Positions 12,512-26,301 of a DNA stretch of 64,000 bases are shown here, piece after piece. The notes under the pieces are model-generated. The model worked only from the letters and a program-made list of their open reading frames with translations, made no database searches and had not been told where the DNA came from. The position numbers and the translations under genes were made by a program. Origin of the DNA: Mytilus edulis (Eukaryota). The stretch is taken from the NCBI RefSeq assembly GCF_963676685.1, contig NC_092352.1, positions 2,542,001 through 2,606,000 of the forward strand. The letters are read 5' to 3'. Each line of letters opens with the position of its first letter. Within the stretch, counting starts at the first letter, position 1.

Positions 12512-14160
12512 ATCGGGCAAAATATTTGAAAATTAAAAGACTAAATAAAAACGTTGAAGAACAGACTGACTAATCCTAGAACTAATCAACACAACAGGGA
12601 ATTCTTAACTTGTGCCATACTGACATGTACTGGAATATTGAATATTTCAAAAAAGTTGTTTATCATTTCTGCTTGGAATTAATGGGAATTGTGTTTCATT
12701 GTGCAAGGATGATATATTTATTTTGACTGAAATCTGATAAGAAGTTATTAGGAGTTTATTATGAGTCACGTGATATCAGAAAGAGAAGTATGTCCTTGGC
12801 AGTTACATAGTTATAAGTATAGTTAAAAATAATATTCCCATTGGAAGAGCCTGCCAATTATTTTTTTTATATCGATAAAGAAATTGATTACCAAAGCAAA
12901 CTTTCAAGTTCATTTGTACCTTTCAACTGAATGTCTTTCATCGTTATAGATAAGGCTGTGTTTTGTGTTTCATGCAATGATTGGCAAATATAATCTGTAA
13001 GGTTGAACTGGCAAATACGAAATGAAAGTGCAATGAACCATCGAAGACCTTATTAGACTACAATACTTATATTCTCAAAACATGTTGCAGTTGTATACAA
13101 AAAGTATCATGCTTAATTTAATATGGAATAGAAATGTAACCAGCACATTCAATGTGTATATATAAACATATATAGTCATTATGTTGTTCAGTAGTTGTCT
13201 TTTTTGATGCGGTTCATAAGTGTTTCTCGTCTCTCGTATTTGTTATATAGATTATACCGTTGGTGTTCTTGTTGAAATGGTTTTATACTAGTAATTTTTG
13301 GTATTTGATGGGCATTTTTTTTCCTTTTTGCAGAAGGTGCAAAAATAAACAAACACCTGAATTACTTTGATACTGTCCACTCACTGACTCTGATAAACTC
13401 TTTAACTTACCTATAGTTCTGAAGATACCTGGTGTCCATGTCAATTAACGACAATGAAAACAATACAAACCGGTTTTTTTACCTGAGGGAGCATCTCATA
13501 GTTGTACCACAACTTAGTCAATTTTCACACCTTTTGCATGAAGGAAAAAAAAAATGCCCATCAAAATCCAAAAGAGATTTTATCTTTCTGAAACACAAAA
13601 TGCATTTAACTGTATTATATCTAGTGGATGCTAGGCATTAAAACTTTTCCAACTTAACAGGTAAGTCTGTACTCAGAGTAATTTTTGGCATGTAAATACA
13701 TCCATATTTGTCCGTTTGTTATGATGAACCTTAACACCCTTTTTTTTGGAGGTTGACTTGAACATGTACACATGTAGCAAGAGGTAGAATCTATATATAA
13801 GGGGGTGCTATGCCAGTGCTTTGTGGGAAAACTTTAGTTGATTTATTGAGGGAAACAGTACTGAAGCGTCCATCTCTAAAGAAGTAATGCAGTGCCCTCC
13901 CTATCTCATCCCCCTTATGAAACTTCTGGATATTCATGTCTTATTCTTGCAACTTTTAGGGAATCAACTTTCCCAGGTAAAAAAAGGGGGAAGCTGAGCG
14001 CTCACATGTTAAAATCAGCCACACCATATAGTCTTTATATGCCTTTCCCAAGTCAGGAGCCTGACTGTTGAAGTTGTCATTGGTTCATATTTTTCCGGTT
14101 TTTCTTTTTCGTAAATTGTTTTGCTATACATTATTATTTCTTATTTTTCATGTTGGGTCC

Positions 14161-14284
14161 CATAGGCGGATACAAAAGGTACCTGTCCCCCTTTTGTGGG
14201 AAAAATTTGGTTGATTATATAGGAATTACTGAACTTTGGCTGGAACCCCCTCCCCCTTTATGAAAATATCTTAATCCGCCACTA
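14161..14284. mobile_element. Degenerate small MITE (GGCGGAT...ATCCGCC termini)
   Basis: Termini resemble 57382-57512. A more decayed relative lies at about 13777-13932. Confidence 0.55.
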
Positions 14285-16014
14285 TACTGTTTAAATAAAT
14301 ACTGTAACAGGGTAATTTATGAAGATCTTTTTTTAAGATACTTCAGATACTTTTATTTCACTAATACATAGGCGTAGCAGGCCCATAAATAATGGTACGT
14401 TTTTTGGCAAATTAGACATATGGGACACGGAAGTGTTCCGCCAGCGTCTTACTGCAGAGGGTATGGGAGCCGCTCAAGGCCCCCAGAAGCTCTGGGGTTC
14501 ATAGCGTTAAAATCCTGCATTCTAGTCGTTTCCTGCCACTAAAAATCGTTTCTGAAAAGCAGCATTTTTTACTCTACAATTTGAAAAAAATCAAGTATAT
14601 TAATGTCTGTGTCTTGCAGGTTTTGTAGTTTGTTTCCATTTTTGTGTCATTTACAAAGCATGCAATTATTGCGCAAAATTCATTATAAGAAAAATAAAAG
14701 GCCAGAGGTTCCTTGCTACAAGTTAGGACAGGCGCAAAATTGCTGCAATGTAAACTTTTAAGATAACCACTTCGTCAGTAGGGGGTCGTCTTGGCCTTGT
14801 AAGTTATTTTTTTGAAAATCATGCAGCGACTGTCAAGATGAAGTACTTAAATAAATCACTATGTTCTTGCAATAATTTGCATCTTGTCTATTTGTCAAGA
14901 GTGTTCAAATTGGAAAAATGAATGTTACTAGTACTAAGGAAATGACATATTTCATTGATCTTCAATCAATCACATGCATGGCGACAATTTGTTTTTCAAG
15001 GGAACGAGTTCAATTCAACCACTATAAAGAACCCTTAGTTCATATAAACTTTAAAATCAGTAATTGTGATATAAATGTAACGCTAAACGGGTCTTTGTTC
15101 TGTGTATTTTGGACAGTCATTATTTTGGATATATGTATCTGGGATCTAATCCTTCTTGCCCGTTTACATAAGGAAATAGCTATTAAATATTTCACCATAT
15201 ATATATATAGACTCACTATACCGTCTATATACTAGTAACGAAGTCTGTTTAATGTTCACATGTTTAATCATATAAAAGTACATGTATATATGATATATTT
15301 AAAAGGTTTACAGCCCAGGTTCACAGTTATAAATTCCAATACAAAACGTTACTTAGTTCCAACTCTATAAAACAACATGTTACTTCATTATAATCTATAT
15401 CGCAACTTAATTGTTACTTCAAGCTACTACACCAATATAAGTGATCAATGCAAAGTTTCTTACAAAATCGTGCTATGAACCGCTGTCCTTAAATTACATT
15501 AAACCTTGCTTTGATAAACGTCCAAATGTTATTACAATTCTACTGTGCAACTAATGTACTGTACATGCAAACTGTCACATTTAATAATCAAGATGAAAGA
15601 TCATTCAACAAATTAAGTATAATTGACCATCAAATCTTTGATGTAGTTGACCACGCCATATCAATGTTAAATTTGTGAAGTGTAAAATATTTACTCGCAT
15701 ATGTATATGTATATAATATGTAGTTTCCATTTCTCGTTTCAGCATTTTATTTTTCAAACATTGGCTATACCTTTCATGTACCTATTTATGTGTTGCTTAT
15801 GAATTTAATTGTAACACTTCTTAGTGACTGGTTAGGTTAAACCAATGCCTCCTAGAAAACTATGACACCAATGAACAACACCAGTCTTTTTGCTGTTCCT
15901 GCTAATAATGTATGCATGGCTTCACTAGAAAAGGCATCAATTCTTTGGCTTTCCTGGTTGAAGGATTTGTTTTTACAACTCCAGTGTATACACAATTGTT
16001 ACCATAGTATATAG

Positions 16015-16382
16015 TTGGTTGACCGTTATGGAATAACCGTTTCACAGATGATATGGGATATGTTTCTCACGTCATAACTACAATCCTCTTCCCTTTTCAT
16101 GAATTTGACTTACTGTATAAAGCTAGTTAAATCGGGTTTGTAAAAACATGAGCAACCCGACGGTGCCACTGTTGGACATTTGGAGCAGTATCTGCTTACC
16201 CTTCTGGAGCACCTGAGATCATCCCCAGTTTTTGGTTAGGGTTCGTGTTAATTGCTCAGACTGTGTTTGTTTTCTATGCTGTTTCTTGTGAACTTTAATT
16301 TGTATATTTCATGTCATGGTGTTATCAGTTTATTTTCGATTTATGAGTTTGCCTGTTCCTCTGGTATCTTTCGCCCCTCTTG
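16015..16382 (+). mobile_element. Family C repeat: 3' end of another Naiad-like PLE subfamily
   Basis: Begins with a coding tail LVDRYGITVSQM and contains the structured GCTTACCCTTC(C/T)GGAGCACCTG block also seen at 36012-36105. Other copies at 27135-27352, 29469-29640, 36438-36530, 38620-38732, 40183-40390 and 42148-42310. Confidence 0.75.
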
Positions 16383-17039
16383 AAGTCTATAACTTAGAGA
16401 ATGATGAAAAATGATAGTTTTGCAATTCAAAATATGAATACAATATAAGGCTGGTTAGAATGCAAACCATTCAGCTTGCTTAATATCTAATAAGTGCCAC
16501 CAAATATGCAGACATTTAAGACTGGGGCAAACCATACACAATAACACAAGCTTACTAAACACCAGCTTGGTTTGACAATACTAGAATGTATGTAAAACTG
16601 CAATTCAATAAAACATAGATTGGTATACAAGCAATTAAAGCTTGTATGTATCCATGCAAGAAAAATAAGCTTTCACCGTACACCAGTGTTGCATGCAAGA
16701 ATACCGTGAACTGAAAATGTCAAACAAATATGCAAACTTTTATGTTCCAAAGGGTATAGGATTATACGTTGGTATACCGACAATCAAACCCATGAATTCC
16801 ATTGTTTTACAAGGGTTTATTGAAAAGCGGGTTAGTATACGGGAATTAAACCCTGAGTGTTGCAGTTAAGAATTAAGAGCTTTCTTTCAAATTCAAATGA
16901 AGTTGAAGGCTATACATAAGTAATTCCTTACATCCATGTAATTCAACCTTTTCATTTCACAATCATACACATCTCCTTATTTTCTAAGGGAGGTATGCAA
17001 ACATAATTAGATAAGAAATGTTACTACTCAGTAAATACT

Positions 17040-18140
17040 TAGCATTCAGGCATACAGACTTGCCAATACAAACATGAATCCAGAATAAAATTTTAGAATC
17101 CATCCAGGCATACAAGTACCTAGCAGAAAAAAAAGCCAAAATAAATTTAAAAATAAATCGGTTTACATATCCCAGGTTCGTATACAGGCATACAGACCTT
17201 AACTATGCCAAAATAAATATATTAAAGGTTCTAAATACACCAAATTTGTATGCAGGAATACAGACCTGACAAATACTTATATACGCAGAAAGTGAGAGTT
17301 TAACATACACCAGGTCGGTATGCAAGCATACAGACCTGACAAATACTTGTATGTACATAGAGTGAGTTTTTAACATACACCAGGTCAGTATGCTAGCATA
17401 CAGACCTGACAAATATTAATATATAAAATTGAGAATGGAAATGGGGAACGTGTCAAAGAGACAACAACCCGCCCAAATAAAAAACAACAGCAGAGGGTCA
17501 CCAACAGGTCTTCAATGTAGCGAGAAATTCCCGCACCCGGAGGCGTCCTTCAGCTGGCCCCTAAACAAATATATACTAGTAGTATGCATAGAGTGAGAGT
17601 TTAACATACACCAGGTCGGTATGATAGCATACAGACCTGACAAATACTAGGATGTGCATAGAGTGAGAGTTTTGCATTAACCAGGTCGGTATGCTAGAAT
17701 ACAGACCTGAAAAATGCTAGTATATGCATAGAGTGAAAGTTTAGCATTAACCAGGTCGGTATGCTAGCATACAGACCTGAAAAATACTAGTATATGCATA
17801 GAGTGAGAGTTTAACATACACCAGGTCGGTATGCTAGCATACAGACCTGACAAATACTAGGATGTGCATAGAGTGAGAGTTAAGAATTAACCAGGTCGGT
17901 ATGCTAGCATACAGACATGAAAAATGCTAGTATATATGCATAGAGTGAGAGTTTAGCATTAACCAGGTCGGTATGCTAGCATACAGACCTGAAAAATACT
18001 TGTATATGCATAGAGTGAGAGTTTAGCATTAACCAGGTCGGTATGCTGGCATACAGACCTGACAAATTCTACTATACACATACAGTGAGGTTTTAGCATA
18101 CACCAGGGTGGTATGCAGGCATACAGACCTGACAAATACA
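17040..18140. repeat. Satellite array, 70-bp unit, interrupted by family A (17423-17580)
   Basis: ACCAGGTCGGTATGCTAGCATACAGACCTGA at about 70-bp spacing (17610, 17680, 17750, 17820, 17890, 17962, 18032), decaying leftwards. Confidence 0.95.
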
Positions 18141-21100
18141 AGTAAGAGAAAAAAGACTTAATTTAGCATTCTTTTCATTGAAACATCTGAAATAAAGATG
18201 GGTAAATGCTATGTTATGTATATATTTCAAAAATGACATAAAAGTATAACAAATATGCAGAATGAGTATCTTTTTAAGGTTTATTTACTTGAACTATTTC
18301 CTTGGTGTTAAAATAGTTCATTCTAGCATCCTATGAAAAAGGTTTATGATAAAATGATGAAATTTTGGTTCGCATTTACAAAGAAAGATCACAAATCTTG
18401 CCAAAAGATGACAAACAAATATTGTTAATGCTATACAGTGAGTTTTTAACGCGAAATATATCAATAATCCCAAATGTTGTAGCCTTTTCACACAAAAATA
18501 AGAGAATTTCTAATTTTAGATGAGAACGTGTTGGAGATATGATATGATGTCCAATGAGACAACTACCTACTAAAGTTGTAAGGAAGTGGATGTAGCAATG
18601 TAAAGGCAACCTTCAACAATGAAGAAAACCCATACCGTTTAGTCGAATACAAAGGCACCGACAAGTAAATGTGAAATGAATAACACTAACGGCCTAATTT
18701 ATAACAAACATCAAAATGTAAAGTATAGAACTACGATTGGTCCAAAAATAGTTAAAGGACTGACACTTTTGAGAAGGCATTTGTCAAGTTAACCTTACCC
18801 TTCTGTTCGAATTCATGCATTAAATTACTAAGTATGCACATTTTGTTGACGTTAAAATGTTAGTATATAATCTCCGATGCATTTATTTTACATTAAAGAA
18901 TAATACAAAGCACAGAATAAAGATCATTGTCTATTGAGCTACTTTATGTATAGCATTAAACGTCTTCAACCACTTCAAACGAACGTCAGATCTTATAAAT
19001 TACATACAACTATTAATTGTCCAAATGACAAGAATAAATTAGATGATAAGAATCCATTATCATCTATAGAAAAGCGGGACAAACAAGACTATAGTTTGGG
19101 AGATTTTTTTTAATCATTTCATGTATTCTTCTTTTCAAACAATTTGATCTTTTAAATGACTAGCAAAACTACAACCGATGAAATCAAAGAATGGGATAGC
19201 TTGATCCTGCTGACTTCTCCTTATGTTCTTTCAAATTGAATTTGGACAGAAAACATAATTTACAAGGCAAAGTTAAACATCAAACGCCGTGGAAAGTTTA
19301 TAAATCGACTGGTATTTTTGACTACAGTACAATCTCATTCATCTTACTTTGTTTTAAGATGCGAAAAAACTAAACTAATTATCAGACATATATATATTTA
19401 TTTTGTTATTAAGAGTAAATAAGATATATGCTATTGACTACCTAGGAAACAGTTGGTACCAGTCATCAATCATAAATATAGTAATTGACAAAACCAGCTA
19501 AAATGTGCTATCTCATATTGATTTCATATATACATGCACAAAACAAAGACAAAGTTCAGCCAATTGCCTTCATAAATCTCCAGACAAGTAGTGAACTTTG
19601 CTGAAATCTTATCTGCCTTCTCTCTATGTAGTCAGTCAACCATTATGACCCCTGACCTTACCGGAAGTAAGCCACACTTAGAAAGGCAGTGTTGATAGAA
19701 TGTAAGAATGACAAACATTGATAGAATTTCTCGTGATATCAGAATATTGGTACATGACGTATGTGCGTCCATCACATCAATCATAGAATTTATCTTAATA
19801 TATCATTTCCTTAGAGTGTTCAACCGTTAGTTCTCAGTTCTAGATAACTTTGTAATATAGAATATGGTCTGATTATTCTCTAAATAAGTATAGACGGCGT
19901 TGTTATACCAAATCAAGTCTGTTATTCTGATATTTCCAAAACTATTTAAATAGGATTTGAGACATGTAGTATATTATTAATACTTAATTGTTTTTTGGAG
20001 GTGTAACTAGATAAGATAAACAAAAATCCAACATCTTACAGCAATATCTCGGTACGCCCGGTGTGTATAACAGATTAATTTCACATCTGAAGATGTAGCA
20101 TACAGATTGTATATATTTCATTTCTTCTAGATTAAGTTTGTATATATATTGAACGCGGCTTGTTTGAGCCATTATGTTTTACTTTGCGGATATTCCTAAG
20201 ATTTTGTATTTGGTTATAGGTATAGTTCTTGCTGTCATTTGACAAGGGTCATTTGATCTCAAACTATTGTTTCGAGGTTATTCTGTTTTTATCAGGTATT
20301 TGGTCTTACATTACCACATATATTTATGAGGACTCTGACTATATGATTAAAACGAAGAATTTGTATAGAAATGAGTAGATGAGGTATGATTGCCAATGAG
20401 AAAAATAACTTGGATGCGAGCAACCATATATATAGTCCCCACACGGCAGTCGGTTTTACTTGTACCACTGTAGATGAAGTGATAGTCCTCCGCGGGTACA
20501 ATCTGCCAGCTAGTCATTGCTCTGGCATTTACAATGATTTATCTCCTGTTAACAAGTACATGATATATCGAACAGGTTGCTGCTTGTCTCAGTGTTGTAT
20601 ATTTATGCATGAGTGTAATGTGTATTCAGGTGTAAAGCTATAAAAGTTTATAAAAATCAATGCAAAAACCATTTATTTGATTAAAGACGATAGATATAAA
20701 GGTCTACTATGGATGAATATAATTGTGCATATCTTGGGGAAAAATAAGATATAAGTTCTGTAATTTTCCTTAACTTTGATCTGATCTTAAAAAGAGACAT
20801 GTAAAAGAAGTACAAGAAATAATTTTGCAATATTGCAGAAATGAATCAGAATTCTCGTAAATGAGATTAACAAAAATAATAAAAATTTAAGAATAATGTT
20901 GCGTAAATGAATTATGTCTGTTTAAACCAGAGTAAATTAATTAAGTCTGGGTCTTACATTAGTAAAATGTAAATATCATACATAGATATTTCTCTTATAT
21001 AATACTTGCACTTATTATGAACTGACATTTTAAATAAGCAAAAATAGCACAGTTCGAATTGTTACTATCAATTAAGACGTGATAATTTGTACCAGAGGCA

Positions 21101-22378
21101 TTGAGAAAACAAACTAAAGCAGATGAAAACATTTAGCCAATGTAGCGCAAATTCTTCTTATTTACGTTTAGTGAAACTAACAAATTTGATCCACATGTCG
21201 GCATAATAAACATAATTGTATAATTGTAGAAGGTGTCGCAGAAATGTCGTGGAAATTCGTTTATAGTACCAACGAAAAGTATTTTAAATAGTTGACACTG
21301 CTATTATGTGCTTAAATTGTTGAAGTAGTCTGTTATTGACATCCAATTTTTGGTTAGGTCTGTTGGAAAATTTAGAAAACAGAAATGAAATATATAACAT
21401 AAGAAAAACAAATCGCATGTACATGTAAACACTGGCAAATTGATACGTTTTGGGTGCCTATTTGGATATAGCCAGCTTCAAACCCAAACCACAAATTAAA
21501 CCAAGACCCTTTCCGACTCTCGAGGTAAATACAAATGTATAGGCATGCCATGTGTGAGCTGACTGGCAAATGAAGTAAATTGAACGAAAGGATATTCTTC
21601 CTGTTTACCAAGAGCAGAACATGGGTTAATCATATTAAACATCAGCCCCTCTAAGATCATTTTATATGTGTTAATTTGAAGATCGATCTATAAAAATACT
21701 TAGTAAAACGATAATGATAAGTCAGCATTTATTCATGACAGTCAAATATATATCAAATCTAGTACAGTCAAATCAAGCACAAAAAAAAAAATAAGTGATA
21801 TGATCATAAAATATAAATTGAAGGTTTTCGTTTCTGTCGATTTATATTCTCATTTTTATTTCTTAATACTTTTGTTTACAACTTTGCCACAACTTTTAGT
21901 AAGTTTAATGAAACGGACAAACTATCAAAGAACCCTTGTAAACATGGCTTACAACAAAGGCGAGTCAATAATATCGAATTCACTGTACTTATTTTATAAA
22001 GGAACATAGCGACGTTATTATTTCTATTCAATTAAACTGTCTGTATTAAAGGAATCTGTATGGAGTGCTATTTGATGTAAAATTAAATTGACCAAATATA
22101 AAATCATTACCAATGTGTCAGTGTATGCTATTTAATTATCTGAAGTGAGAAAAGAAGGTGTAGAATGGCGTCAGGGTGTATCGTAGTTTTTATTCAACTC
22201 CGATGCTTCATCTTGAAAACATTAAAAAAGGGATTGGGCATGCGTGAAACTGAATATTAAATTCAATATACGTTTAGTGTAAAGTGCTGCAGTTTAAAAA
22301 AAATATTCAAATGTGATTTGTCGATAAACTCTGCATATAGTACAAAATTTGTATTACAAGTAGCTATATATATATATA

Positions 22379-23430
22379 TGTTACAGGGAATTTGTGAAAT
22401 CAGGGATTTTGTAAAATCACTGAAATTTCAGGGAATTTGTAAAATCACTGAACTGATTAGTGATTTTATAAAATCCCTGATTTGAACTAGTGATTTTACA
22501 AAATCCCTAAAATAATTAAGATCTCAAGTTTTTTACAGATTCACTGATAAAATTCAGGGAATTTGTAAAATAAATTCATTCACTTTTATAAGAATTTCTG
22601 TAAAAAAATACATTTCAGAGCAAGAGCATCTTGTTGTTGCATGAACATTGATATATAAAAAGCAAACAAGTGTGGTATCATTAAACTTTGCTGTCTACAA
22701 AATAACAATTACATTCACAAAATATATTAAAATAAAAAGTCAATAGAAAATATAGGTAAGAATACTTTGTTTTGTACTGCAAGTTGATGAATAGGTTCTA
22801 ACCAAGCAAAAATGAAAATAGTTTTACTTACTTTGGTCATATATCAGTTACATGTATTCTACCACAAAGTGAAATATCTGTTAATAACAACTTTGACCAA
22901 CCGAGGTCCCAAAGTATCCATTCTAGTTTAAACTCAGCTCTGGGTACCAGAGATGTGTGTGAGAGGGTGATAATTACCCTTCTGATGTACTGATATTTTT
23001 AGCACCCCAAGTGAGAATCGAACTCGGGACCTTCAGCACTGTAGTCATCGGTCTTAACCACAAGACCACGAACTCACATGCATAAATAATTAAATTCACA
23101 GTGGTCTAAATATCTGCTTATATGCCTTTTAGTCATTATCATTATACACTAGTTCTAGCTCACAGTGTTTATTAAACAAACATATTTCAAAATAATAAGT
23201 GATCATTAGTCTATTTTTATATTAAGAAAAACACATTTCTAAAAGCAAGTTATACTTAATTGTAATCAGGGATTTTACAAAAACCCTAGCTCTATTTTCA
23301 GTGATTTTGTAAAATCTCTGACAATTTCAGGGATTCTACAACACCACTGAAACTGTTAGTGAGTTTACAAAATCACTAAAATGTCCAGTGATTTTTACAA
23401 AATCCCTGGTTTTACAAATTCCCTGTAACA
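22379..23430. mobile_element. Non-autonomous TIR (foldback-like) DNA transposon, 1052 bp, in a (TA)n site
   Basis: Termini TGTTACAGGGAATTTGT / ACAAATTCCCTGTAACA. About 200 bp of modular subterminal repeats (AGGGATTTTGTAAAATCACTGA) at each end. TATA on both flanks. Confidence 0.9.
22880..23075 (-). mobile_element. tRNA-derived SINE inside the TIR element
   Basis: Minus-strand head 23075-23004 has an A-box-like TGGTCTTGTGG, D-stem GTCT/AGAC and B-box GTTCGATTC. Acceptor and T stems are broken, so it is not a functional tRNA. Confidence 0.65.
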
Positions 23431-26034
23431 TATATACAATACTTTCCTTTACAGAAAAATTAGTAAAAAAAGGAAAGTAAGAGGTCTTGGGTTAAAACAT
23501 CATCTTTACACCTGGATGCAAGAGAGATTAAATTTACCTTTTTCATGAGGTTAACGCTTTTATATACTACTCATTTAGTTGTTTTTTAGTCTTTTATAGT
23601 CGATTAATCAATTGATGGTTGTTTAATGTCCAGTGGAAAACAGTTCATGCATGTTCAGCACAAATGAACCATATATATAAAAGATAGGTTCTGTAATGGG
23701 GGTATACCACCAAGAAGAGCAGTAAAATGAGACTGCCACTGGAAAATGAGAGTGAACTTGATAGGGACCGAAATTTAGCCATGTAACATGCTAACTACGG
23801 ACCCTCAAATAGTTAGAATGAGTGTTTAGTGCAATTCCCTTATGTTCTTAAGCTGATTTGGTCATTGAATGTGGCTTGTAAGTGATGTTTAGAATCTCTA
23901 GTACAGGAACAGTTTCCTACACAAACAGCTTTCTTTCAATAATTATATCTGAATGGTTTTTTTTTATTTAGAAACAATTCACCAGCCAGATAAAAAGTTC
24001 TGAATGTATTTTTTAATTTTATAATACATATTCAAGGATCGACAATTTAACCGTTTTCCCCTCTTTTTTTCTACGATCCATTTTTACAACAAAAATACTG
24101 CCATGAAAAGTAACATTTTATTTGGATAGACATTTTTGAAGATTTTGCTTTCTGCAATTTCTTAAATTAGCCTCATCATACATTAGTATCAACTAGTGGA
24201 TAAGATAACCCTGTAAATAGGTAATCCAGGCAACAAATATGAGCAGGTAATTGGCATCATCGCACACAAAGTGGCAAAGGTAACGGAATGTAATTATTAT
24301 TTTTTTGTAAGAAACGAACTGTAGTGATTGCTGAAGGCTGGAATTATAAACATAAACTTAAAAGATCTACCACTATACAAATGCATCATGATTCCAGCTG
24401 ATTTAATACTTAATTCCCCATTATACGGCTCATCAAATAAACAAAGCTTTGTACAAACTTAGACTCAGTATTTTACAGTCCGTCGGTTTGATAGTTATTA
24501 ATTGTGAAAAAAATAAATTGTAAAGTTTTCGGTTACTTTTATGTTCGCACAGATATAAATGTATTTAAATATCACTACAATAAAGGCATAAATGTTGGCA
24601 GGTTCGTTTATCTTTTCTTAGAAGAAACGTGGAAATTAAAATGTGTACGGTTTATTGAGTGTTCGGAAATTGGCATATTATCATACAAAATAACAATTAA
24701 AAAACCCAGAGTCAATACTGACTATAGATATACATATTCGATACACAGGTTTAGAAAGATCGACAAAAACTGTGTTTCTGCACCATTAAAATCTAAATCT
24801 ACGGTGCAATTAATTCTCCATCTAGACAGTGCAGTTGCTAGATTTGTCGTGCACTGCACGGCATTTCAGAACGGAATGCAGTTTAAATTGCAAATGCATT
24901 CTACTATTTAACGGTTATATGGTATTGTTCGAGTGTTTATAGAGTAAGAATCCTATTTTGAGTAAGACTATTACAATATATTCTTATTTATGAGTTGCAA
25001 TATCAACAAAATGTCAACATATGACTACAGGTTCTATCTCATACATTAAATAAACATCTAAGTATATCATATATGTATTTGTTTTCATATCAAAATGGTT
25101 AGCACTGTATATCACACGCTCATGGTATGTTCTTGATTGATTAGTAAGGCATAATCAATGAAACTATACACATTTTTCTATTTTGTAAATGAATAATTAT
25201 TTTTCGGCTTTAGTTTCGTTACAACATTCACAAGAAATATTCGAAAAATGAGTTAGTTCTGCAGTTTTACGATTCTTCATTTTACTCCAAATTCAACAAC
25301 TCTTTATTTGACACATGCAATGTTTGAAGGTACACTATGCCAAACTGTTTTGATTGCAATTCGTATTTATTTTATCAGTTAGTACAAAAATGTTTGTTTA
25401 AACATGCCTCGTCCAAATTGCCTCGTGACGTTCATCTGGTTTAAATCTTTCTGCATTAACTTGCTCTGAGGATAAGCCACAACAATTCTCTTTAAAAACG
25501 AATTTATTACATCATTGTTTGAGAATATCACAACAAACTGCTGAGTTACAAATAAGTAACAGGCAAGCGATTTATTTAGTATAAAAAGACAAAACCACAT
25601 GCACATGTACGTATTACATAGAAATCATAATAATCAAACAGAAATAGTATTTCTATCTTTGGCAAAAACATATTAAATCTTTTCCTTCATATAATTAAAA
25701 GCTTTAATAAAACAAAACCTTTTTGGATCACACGTTATATGTACATGTATTTATGTGAATACTCTCTTAGGACATTTAAGCTGAATAGTAGTAGGTAATA
25801 TGTAAACCCGTTAGTTAATGCGAGGGTATTATAAAGAAGGTAATGTTAACCTTTAACAAATTTGGCTGTTTTAGAGTTCTTTTAATCATAAAGGTCTTAT
25901 TAATCCTTGACTTTCAAATGAATTGAACGGAGCGTTCTTGATGACAGTGAATCCAGAATTGTTCTACGTACACCCAAACTTGATTAAGTGTTGTTGTTGG
26001 GGATTGCTTTTATAAATTAAAAAAAAAAACATAT

Positions 26035-26301
26035 ATAGTATAATCGCTATTTCTCGATATTTTCCTTTGGTCTTGCTGACTGATCATTTTATTTCTCAAC
26101 GGAGTCGAGTGATATGAAAAATTATCGCTAGAAACTAAGAGGCACTTGGCGTTTTCAATGAAATTGACAAGAAATTGACAACGTCGTCATAGGTAATATA
26201 GCGATAAACAGATTATCATTGGTCATCTAAACTCGTTTGCTTTTCTCACTTTCGCCGTACCGAGAAAATCAATCTCTTTGAGATGATCAACGATAATCTA
26301 T
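26035..26301. mobile_element. Crypton-like non-autonomous element with a terminal long hairpin
   Basis: Imperfect inverted repeat 26210-26299 (AGATTATCATTGGTCATCT...TTTTCTC / GAGAAAA...AGATGATCAACGATAATCT). Superfamily assignment is inference. Confidence 0.4.

Noticed and set aside
23004-23075. tRNA gene
   Set aside because: Acceptor, anticodon and T stems do not pair fully; better explained as a SINE head.
24504-24911. 135-aa ORF and other 60-135 aa ORFs in 1-28 kb and 38-60 kb
   Set aside because: Often non-ATG starts, AT-driven composition and no motifs; many lie in repeats.
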